This document shows positions 17,477 to 24,418 of a stretch of 64,000 nucleotides of DNA, one piece after another (the first letter of the stretch is position 1; each line of letters starts with the position of its first letter). The notes under the pieces were generated by a model. That model was not told the DNA's origin and made no database searches. It worked only from the letters and a program-made list of their open reading frames with translations. Position numbers and translations under genes: made by a program. Where the stretch lies: assembly GCA_017609605.1 (NCBI GenBank), contig JAFCDO010000001.1:9281-73280 (forward strand), given 5' to 3'. Source of the stretch: Candidatus Parvarchaeota archaeon (GTDB lineage Archaea > Nanobdellota > Nanobdellia > JAAOXT01).

Positions 17477-17929
17477 GTGATTACAGAGTACTTGTTGATG
17501 TTCATGCTCGGCTCTTACACTGTCGCGACACTGGATGATTTGAAGAAGATGCGGGCGAGCGTTAGTTTCGTGTACTTGTGGGCTTTGGTCGCAGTGGTTG
17601 CAGGAATCGTTTTTTTCATGACTGACCAGTCTCAATTGATTCCCCGGGCGGGGATCATAGCGTTTACTTACGTGTTGATGAGGACGAGCGTCGTCCCGTT
17701 TTTCAGGTCAAAAGTGGCTTGGGGTGACTTCTTCGCAGTTCTTCCATTAATATTTATTTTCGAGCCTTTATGGTTCGGAGTGTTCTTCCTACTAATGGTA
17801 TTATTTGATAAAGTGATTCTGAAACTCGTGTACGTTAGTTTGATGGGCAGAAGGGCTTACCCCTTCATGCCTGCCATCACTGTCGCTCTCGCGATAGTAA
17901 CGATTCCGAAGGTGTTGGGACTGATATGA
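17477..17929 (+). CDS. Minimal A24-family prepilin/preflagellin peptidase candidate
   Basis: GTG start and 4-5 TM helices. The first Asp lies in TVATLDDLKKMRASV (compare the FlaK SVQDFRSREI context). The second lies in AWGDFFAV (compare GxGD). The C-terminal YPFMPAITVALAI resembles the iPFGP motif. Confidence 0.5.
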   Translation: MITEYLLMFMLGSYTVATLDDLKKMRASVSFVYLWALVAVVAGIVFFMTDQSQLIPRAGIIAFTYVLMRTSVVPFFRSKVAWGDFFAVLPLIFIFEPLWFGVFFLLMVLFDKVILKLVYVSLMGRRAYPFMPAITVALAIVTIPKVLGLI

Positions 17930-18188
17930 AAGTGTTGGAAGAACTCGGGTTTTGCTTGAAGCTTTGGGAAGAGCAAGGCAGGTGCGAGTTCGGCGGACAA
18001 AAAAGCTGTGAAGGTTGCGGCGCGCCGTACGTGCTCTGGAACCCTCAAAAACCCGTTGTTTTTGGGGCGCCGAAACCGTAACTGGTTTCGAGCGGATAAT
18101 CAGCGGAGAGGTCCTGCACGGCAAAGACCAGAAGAACTTGACGCTCAAGGAATGGAAGCAAAAGTTAGGCGAATACCAGAAGAAATAG
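17926..18188 (+). CDS. Small Cys-rich gene in two frames (51-aa ORF to 18081; 87 aa if a -1 shift occurs in the T-run at 18059-18063)
   Basis: The start forms an ATGA overlap with the peptidase stop. Frame 1 reads MKVLEELGFCLKLWEEQGRCEFGGQKSCEGCGAPYVLWNPQKPVVF. The -1 frame continues WGAETVTGFERIISGEVLHGKDQKNLTLKEWKQKLGEYQKK. A single-frame relic at 44778-44861 spans both parts. Confidence 0.35.
18071..18090 (+). promoter_or_regulatory. Stem-loop (7-bp stem, 6-nt loop) 7 nt downstream of a T5 run; candidate frameshift stimulator
   Basis: CGAAACC-GTAACT-GGTTTCG. The frame-1 stop TAA (18079-18081) lies in the loop. Confidence 0.3.
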
Positions 18189-18228
18189 AAAGCTTTTAAT
18201 AACCTGTTTTTGTTGAAATTATTTGAAC

Positions 18229-18585
18229 ATGCTTAACATCTGGGATGGGATAAACCCTGCACGATTGAAGGATGACTGGTTGCTCAAAGAGCACGGAGAA
18301 TTGCACGAAGTCATTCGAGTTCTTAACGACGAAGAAAACATCAACCTGTTCCCAGAGGCAATAAAGTTTTTCGGCAAACTCGGTTACTTAAAAAGAAGGC
18401 ACGATCTCGTCGCCAAAGAAATGACTCGCCGAGAAATAGGTCACCACACGCCAATAACTTTAAGCGAAATCCCGGACGATGACGAATGGACCAGTGAAAC
18501 AGGCAGGAAAAGCGTTGAAAAAATGGTTCAGCACTTAAACAAAGAAAAAGCTTTCAACAACCTCGAATTCCCCCTAACCTTTTAA
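18229..18585 (+). CDS. T4 endonuclease V (DenV)-like pyrimidine-dimer DNA glycosylase
   Basis: MLNIWDGINPARLKDDWLLKEHGELHEV resembles T4 [24 protein letters not shown], and FFGKLGYLKRRHDLVAKEM resembles FFYDKLEFLRKRQIELIAE. The track start is TTG 18223. Confidence 0.5.
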   Translation: MLNIWDGINPARLKDDWLLKEHGELHEVIRVLNDEENINLFPEAIKFFGKLGYLKRRHDLVAKEMTRREIGHHTPITLSEIPDDDEWTSETGRKSVEKMVQHLNKEKAFNNLEFPLTF

Positions 18586-20733
18586 CTCAGTCCATTCTTT
18601 CAGGCCTTTCTCCTCTTTTCCAGTAAGGGTTTGCTCTTTCACTTTTCCGCCAATCACTTTGCCAAGAATTGACTCCAACTTTTCCAAAGAAACTTTTTTG
18701 ACGCCCCCAACATTTTTTATGCCAGCGTTGAACAATTTCCTCGCCCTAACCCTGCCAACACCTTTAAACTTAAGCAACGGCAATAGCTCTTCCTTAACCC
18801 CGTACTTGAGCCTGAACCTCAACCGCTGAATACTGCTGGTAATGTTGCGAATTTTCAAGAGTTTTGCGAGCTCCTGAGCTGAGTACAACACCCAATCAAT
18901 ATTATACAGTTTGACTCGCAACTGTCCTGGAGGCACCCGCCACTTTTCCATCAAGTAATCCTCCCCCTTCTCATCCAACCAGTCCGAAAACATTAGTGAA
19001 GTCTTAAAAGCTGAAACGTAACTCATGAATGAATAATCCCATGGGCTTGGCTCGTCCTCCAGTAAAACGTCAGAAAACTCTGCTAGCATGGACTGAAGCT
19101 CCAAGAACTCGGCGTCTTTAACGTAAAGCGATGGCTTCATTTCAATCGTGTTGCAAGCCATATGCAATAATGACATTCCCTCAAAAATTTTTTCTTTTGA
19201 GCGTTCCAAGCGTTGAATCAGGTTTCGACCTGTTAAAGGGTCTAAGTAAAGTTCTGAAATCCTTTTTCCAATAAGTGTTGCCTGCAACTTATCATCAATT
19301 TCCGTGGCAAAACCCCACTCTACGAACTCGTCAACAATCTTATCAAGTTTGCTCTCGATTTCCTGAATGTTACCATACTGTTTGGCGTAAAAAGTTTGGC
19401 CGAAAAACTTGGCCAATTCTTCTCTGGAGCGAGCGAAAAGCGATGCAATCAAGGATAGGGAGTGCATTCTCAGCACGGGCTCCACCCCTAGTTTGGACAG
19501 TATTTCTTCACTATCCCCAAACACGTACCTCTCAAAAATCTCTTCTTTCTCCTCGTCGCTGCGAGCAATGCACAAGGCTTGACCATCCTCATCGTACCCC
19601 GGCCTGCCCGCCCTGCCCGCGAACTGATGGTACTCAAGCACTGGAATCCACGCCATGCCATGATGCGTTGAATAGCGCTTCAAATCCCTGATCACGACTC
19701 TCCAGGCGGGTAGGTTAACTCCCATGGCGAGCGTGGGGGTTGCGCACAAAATTTTTAGCAACCTGTTTTTGAAAGCTTCTTGCAGCAAGTTTCGCTGAGA
19801 GTTCATGAGCCCTGCGTGGTGGAACGCAACTCCTGACAAAACACCCTCAGATAATCGTTTGCATTGAGTGGTCGGGGATTCCAAAGCGTTCAGCACTTTA
19901 TCGCTTAGTTTTTCGAGTTCTTGTTTCTCCGAGCTTGTTAGAAAAGTTTTGACCAAGCTTTTCAGTTTTCTTGCCAAGCTCTCAGCGTTTCTCCTTGAGG
20001 ATAAAAAGAAGATGCACTGCTTTTTTTTGGACAACGTGTCTTTAGCGAGGTTAGCTGACGGGTCGTTTTCCGCTGAATCAACTTTTTTTTCTTGATTTCC
20101 AAAATAGATTTTTCCGTTTTGGTAAACTCCTTTAAACAGTTTGACCGGACGATAATCGCTCTTGACCAATTCGGCGTCCAGCCATAGGGATAGTTCTTCA
20201 GCGTTGCTTATCGTGGCCGATAGAGCAATGAATTGCGCTCTTGGAATTATTTTTCTCAGCTTAGTCAGCAGGACTTCAAGTGTGGGCCCTCTTCCCGGGT
20301 CCGTGATTAAATGGCATTCGTCAATTATCACCGTGCTTATCGAAAAAATCCATGGAGCTCCGTGACGCATTAATGAATCCATTTTCTCGAAAGAAGATAT
20401 TATGATATCATGGTTGGACAGCCACTCGTCTCCGGAATCGTAATCGCCCACGCTCAAACCAACTTTGTATTGAGGATAAGCTTTTTTGAATTCCTCGCGT
20501 TTCTCGAAAGCAAGGGCTCGAAGCGGGACTAAGTAAAGCGCTTTACCCTTTCCTTTTAAAAGATTGTGCAGAAAAGCCATTTCGGCCACTAGCGTTTTTC
20601 CAGAAGCCGTGGGGGACGCTATCACCATGTTTTTGCCTTCGAAAAGGCCTTGTTCTACAGCCAGTTTTTGGGGAGGTCTTAGTTCAGTGAAACCCCTGTC
20701 TTCAAAGAATTTTAAGACTTTTTCTTTAACCAT
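18574..20733 (-). CDS. hel308: Hel308/Hjm (Ski2-like) DNA helicase
   Basis: RPPQ Q-motif, Walker A SPTASGKT, DECH box, SATISN, HHAGL, QFAGRAGRPG and a C-terminal HhH-like region (GVGRVRARKLFNAG). Confidence 0.9.
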   Translation of the reverse strand: MVKEKVLKFFEDRGFTELRPPQKLAVEQGLFEGKNMVIASPTASGKTLVAEMAFLHNLLKGKGKALYLVPLRALAFEKREEFKKAYPQYKVGLSVGDYDSGDEWLSNHDIIISSFEKMDSLMRHGAPWIFSISTVIIDECHLITDPGRGPTLEVLLTKLRKIIPRAQFIALSATISNAEELSLWLDAELVKSDYRPVKLFKGVYQNGKIYFGNQEKKVDSAENDPSANLAKDTLSKKKQCIFFLSSRRNAESLARKLKSLVKTFLTSSEKQELEKLSDKVLNALESPTTQCKRLSEGVLSGVAFHHAGLMNSQRNLLQEAFKNRLLKILCATPTLAMGVNLPAWRVVIRDLKRYSTHHGMAWIPVLEYHQFAGRAGRPGYDEDGQALCIARSDEEKEEIFERYVFGDSEEILSKLGVEPVLRMHSLSLIASLFARSREELAKFFGQTFYAKQYGNIQEIESKLDKIVDEFVEWGFATEIDDKLQATLIGKRISELYLDPLTGRNLIQRLERSKEKIFEGMSLLHMACNTIEMKPSLYVKDAEFLELQSMLAEFSDVLLEDEPSPWDYSFMSYVSAFKTSLMFSDWLDEKGEDYLMEKWRVPPGQLRVKLYNIDWVLYSAQELAKLLKIRNITSSIQRLRFRLKYGVKEELLPLLKFKGVGRVRARKLFNAGIKNVGGVKKVSLEKLESILGKVIGGKVKEQTLTGKEEKGLKEWTELKG

Positions 20734-20798
20734 TTAAGATAAAACAAAAATCTGCTGATTTTAAAAACTCTTTGCCCTAATTGCCAGTAACTATTAAA

Positions 20799-20806
20799 TT
20801 TATAAA
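20799..20806 (+). promoter_or_regulatory. TATA-box-like element
   Basis: TTTATAAA lies about 27 nt upstream of ATG 20830. Confidence 0.4.
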
Positions 20807-20829
20807 CTCAAAAAGCCATTTCTTTAAAC

Positions 20830-22014
20830 ATGAAAAAGGGTCAAATAGCGGTTCCAGTCGCGTTAATCCTATTCATAATCCTTTTCGTGTTCTACATTAT
20901 TTGGGTTCAGCCCCCTGAAAGGCAAAGACTACTCAACCCCGGAAACGAAATGATAAGCGGGGACGGCAACGCTACCTTAGGCGAGCACGACTTATTCCAC
21001 ATCATAGGAATAGGATGGGTTGGAAAAGGAACTGGAGAACCAATAATGACCCATGATTTCGGCACTGCCAGCCTTGACTACCCTTTAATCGACAAAGATT
21101 TGGAGAGCATGCCTCAATTAAGGTTAACAACCAGCATTTTCAGCGCAGGCACTTACACCAAAAGCTTGAACTTTGATGAACTGGGCCTCGAAAGAATAAC
21201 TGTTAGTTTCAAAACAGGAACAGTTATCGGGACGCCAACAATTAACGTTTTCGTTGACAGCAAGAACATTTATTCCGAAACAGCCGTGAACGGGCAAATA
21301 GTTTCCCTAGAATTAGATAACAATGTTTACGAAGGCACGAATACCTTAAGAGTAGAATGCGTTTTCAAAGGAATGGCTTTCTGGGAAACACAGGTTTGCG
21401 GGCTTAACAGTTTCAAAATTGTTGAGCACGCGTACTCGCTGAACGTGAACGAGGTTTCTCGAGAATTCAGTTTATCAAGCGTCGTCGATGGGACAGCAAA
21501 AATTTATTTCAAAGTCGTGAACGCTCAAACAAATGGAACCATGTCTCTCAGGTTAAACGACGTCCTAATTTACAATGGCAAGCCCTCTGAAAGAGAAGCT
21601 AGATACCAAGCAGAGGTCAGCACCACTTCAGCGGGGTTGACAGCAGGTATTAACACCATAAGTTTTTCAACAAGTCCTGGAGGCGTTTATGATTTATCTG
21701 ACGTGCAATTTTCCTTGTTTGAGAGGGACGTTGGCGTCTCAAGCTACGACATTTATTATAACGTTCAGGGAGACGTTGTCGATAAAGCTAGCAACTTTAC
21801 TGTAGAGTACGATTTGGCTAACATGGCTCCGAACGGGGGTTTAGAATTCGTGTTCAGACAAGTCACGAAGTACGAGAGAGCTGACTCCATAAACAGGGGT
21901 TACAACAGGTTCATTCTCCCAAGCTCTGAGATAGATTTGGGTTCTAACAAACTAACCATCACGAGTCAGGAAGGCAGATTTAACTTGAACAGCGTGAGAA
22001 TGTACTGGAACTGA
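20830..22014 (+). CDS. Secreted protein with a class III (prepilin-like) signal peptide and three beta-sandwich-like repeats
   Basis: N-terminus MKKGQIAVPVALILFIILFVFYI. A motif of the type G.N.L.I...F.L..V recurs three times (GTNTLRVEC, GINTISFST, GSNKLTITS). Confidence 0.6.
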   Translation: MKKGQIAVPVALILFIILFVFYIIWVQPPERQRLLNPGNEMISGDGNATLGEHDLFHIIGIGWVGKGTGEPIMTHDFGTASLDYPLIDKDLESMPQLRLTTSIFSAGTYTKSLNFDELGLERITVSFKTGTVIGTPTINVFVDSKNIYSETAVNGQIVSLELDNNVYEGTNTLRVECVFKGMAFWETQVCGLNSFKIVEHAYSLNVNEVSREFSLSSVVDGTAKIYFKVVNAQTNGTMSLRLNDVLIYNGKPSEREARYQAEVSTTSAGLTAGINTISFSTSPGGVYDLSDVQFSLFERDVGVSSYDIYYNVQGDVVDKASNFTVEYDLANMAPNGGLEFVFRQVTKYERADSINRGYNRFILPSSEIDLGSNKLTITSQEGRFNLNSVRMYWN

Positions 22015-22105
22015 CAAATTCACTTAATCTCTTTCTTTTTAATTGAGCTTATTGGATAGAAAAAGTTTAAAACAAATCAGCTCCAAATTATTTAACGTCT
22101 ATATA

Positions 22106-24418
22106 ATGGGTTGGCCTAAAACAAGCAAGCGGGGAATGGTGGACATAGGAATAAGTGGTGATGAACTAGGATTAAACATTGGAAATATAGGGTTACCCCA
22201 AGTCCTGGCAACAATCATCATCTTAATGGTTGTTATCGCTTTAGGCGGCATCTTCCAAGGAATGGAATGGATTTTCTCCTGGATAACCCTCATCCTCGCG
22301 ATAGCCCTCTCAAAAATACTTTTCGGAGAACTAAAATTCCTAGGACTCATAGCTCCCTTCGTGGTCATGGGAAACCTCATGCTACCTGGAGGCGGGGCTG
22401 CTGGCGCCATCCTTGAAGGCTCCAACATGATCATTGCAATCTTGGCAAACGTGCCAACCATAATCCTCATGCTAATAAGCTACATGACCGCCAAGGATAG
22501 CGGAGAAAGCGAAGGAAACGCGGGAAAAGCGATATACATAATCGTATTATTCCTATTCATAATACGTCTTATAGGATTTATATTTAGTATAGAATTAATA
22601 CAAGGCTTCTTCAACTTAATGATTTTTAACATGTGGTCGCCAAGCCAAGCAATAGCAGGAGTCCCCCCACTCGGTCCAGAAGGAGGTCCTTTCTACAACA
22701 TCCTCAGCTACCTCATAAAAGCAGGACTGCTCATAGGAGTCTTCCTCATGGTTGACTACCCTGCAAAAAGCATAAGCCCAGAAATCTTCAACTACACATG
22801 GATGCTAGGAGTAACTTTCATATTTTTCTACGCAATAATCTGGATGCCATTTCTTGTAACCAATCCAGTGATTAGAAGCAGTTTCGGAGTCATGGCAGGA
22901 GCGAGCAGAGGGATGAGCGAAAACCTAGCCAATTCTTTCAACACTATTCTAATGCCCCTCACCAATCCTGAAGCCTACGAACTACAACAACAAGCCAGTT
23001 TCAGGTCAGGAGGAAGCTTAATAGGAAACATTGGTAGCGCGCCACCCAACACGGGCTTCACTGTAACCAGCGTACAATTACTTCCCGATAGGATAAACCT
23101 TTTCACGAACCGCACCAGCGTGGTGATAGAAATAAAAAATGACGGGGATGCTGACATCAAAGAAATGAACGTCACTTTCACAGGAGAAATACTTCCCGGC
23201 GGAGTGGAAGGCCAAAAAGTATTGTTTGACTGCAAAGGCAGGGGCAGAACTTCTGGATATAACATCACCGAAACAGTGTGGAAATGGGATGATTACCTCC
23301 GCGTAACAGACATTCCAAAAGGAACCAGCGCGAGAATAAACTGCGAAACCATCGAAGTCATTGGAGTCCTTGAAGGCGACGCGGTAAACATTGTCGCGGA
23401 AGCAACCACTGAATACTACACTCGAACCCTTTACCCAATAACCATTATAGAAAGTAAGTACGCTAAAGAAAAAATGGAGCAGGGACTCATGCAGTTCTCC
23501 AACCCAAAAACCACTGTATCTTACGGAACAGTTCTGAGCAGTCAAAGCATCGGAACACAACCCGTCTTCGACACAACAGGCACGTCCATATTCACTTGGG
23601 GAATAGTGAACGCTGGAAGCGGTTACGTCAACCAGGTGAACAAGATATACTTATCAGTACCTCAAGAATTATCCGACCCAACCCGAATCAACGACCAGAC
23701 TTACTGCACGACCGACGGCATGACGCTGAACGAGGACAGAACGCGCTGCGAAGGGGCGTGCGCGCCCGGGTTCTACGAATTAAACGCTCAACAACTCTAC
23801 GACGTGGGCTGGGACTTATTAAGCATTGACAAGCCCTGCGGTTACTACGCTTGCAGGGCAGGGCAGGAAAACTACTGCACTGGTGGAGGCGAAACTTGGT
23901 GCTGCAAAAACAGTTATTTAGATGACGCTGGAGCGTTAAACACTGTGGTGTGCGCGGAAAGCTATGACACGGGGTGCAAGGAAGCGGGTTCAGGAATCGT
24001 CAGACAAGAAAACAAGTACGATGCGTACGAAGTGCCTGACACTTGCCCACCCAGCCTGAGAACAAGTGTTGGGGGATGGTTCCTATGCCAAAGATTCTCG
24101 GAAGAACCGGTGAGCACTAAAGAATTCCAGTGCTACAACCAAACCGCGAACACGGAAGACCAACTGCTCGTGATAACAGGCCTGCTTGATAAAGTGGAAG
24201 ACGAATACTTAACAGAAAGCCTGGACGCGTTATCCCAGTTAGGATACGTGGTTTGCGAAAGCCAACTGCCCAGCGTGGAAGAAGGAAGCCTGTACAGATT
24301 CCCAATATACGTAAACCCTCTAAAAGCTGAAAAAGAAAAAACCTTTCTGATAAGAGGCGACGTCTTCTACACTTACACCAAAAAAGGAAGCGCTCAAGGA
24401 ACTGTGGTGAAACAATGA
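22106..24418 (+). CDS. Polytopic membrane protein (about 9 TM) fused to an extracellular beta-scaffold with a Cys-rich insert
   Basis: Hydrophobic N-terminal third, then VVIEIKNDGDADIKEMNVTF, Cys-rich WCCKNSY...VVCAESYDTGC, and terminal strand DVFYTYTKKGSAQGTVV. An alternative TTG start lies at 22043. Confidence 0.6.
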   Translation: MGWPKTSKRGMVDIGISGDELGLNIGNIGLPQVLATIIILMVVIALGGIFQGMEWIFSWITLILAIALSKILFGELKFLGLIAPFVVMGNLMLPGGGAAGAILEGSNMIIAILANVPTIILMLISYMTAKDSGESEGNAGKAIYIIVLFLFIIRLIGFIFSIELIQGFFNLMIFNMWSPSQAIAGVPPLGPEGGPFYNILSYLIKAGLLIGVFLMVDYPAKSISPEIFNYTWMLGVTFIFFYAIIWMPFLVTNPVIRSSFGVMAGASRGMSENLANSFNTILMPLTNPEAYELQQQASFRSGGSLIGNIGSAPPNTGFTVTSVQLLPDRINLFTNRTSVVIEIKNDGDADIKEMNVTFTGEILPGGVEGQKVLFDCKGRGRTSGYNITETVWKWDDYLRVTDIPKGTSARINCETIEVIGVLEGDAVNIVAEATTEYYTRTLYPITIIESKYAKEKMEQGLMQFSNPKTTVSYGTVLSSQSIGTQPVFDTTGTSIFTWGIVNAGSGYVNQVNKIYLSVPQELSDPTRINDQTYCTTDGMTLNEDRTRCEGACAPGFYELNAQQLYDVGWDLLSIDKPCGYYACRAGQENYCTGGGETWCCKNSYLDDAGALNTVVCAESYDTGCKEAGSGIVRQENKYDAYEVPDTCPPSLRTSVGGWFLCQRFSEEPVSTKEFQCYNQTANTEDQLLVITGLLDKVEDEYLTESLDALSQLGYVVCESQLPSVEEGSLYRFPIYVNPLKAEKEKTFLIRGDVFYTYTKKGSAQGTVVKQ

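Noticed and set aside
17930-18130. Whether the GC-richer patch could be a structured RNA gene (SRP RNA, RNase P RNA or a tRNA-like gene).
   Set aside because: I could not find the conserved SRP helix-8 or 5e motifs, RNase P core motifs, or a cloverleaf. The protein-level similarity to a second locus favours coding sequence.
17801-18199. Track ORFs 17801-18148(-), 17857-18048(-) and 18008-18199(+) in the relatively GC-rich patch.
   Set aside because: Their translations are R/S/T-rich and lack features. The plus-strand two-frame reading gives a CxxC peptide. It is independently supported by the single-frame relic at 44778-44861.
22106-24418. Whether the polytopic membrane protein could be the oligosaccharyltransferase AglB, given the sequon-rich neighbours.
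   Set aside because: It has no WWDYG or DxD-type motifs, and the TM region is shorter than that of AglB.
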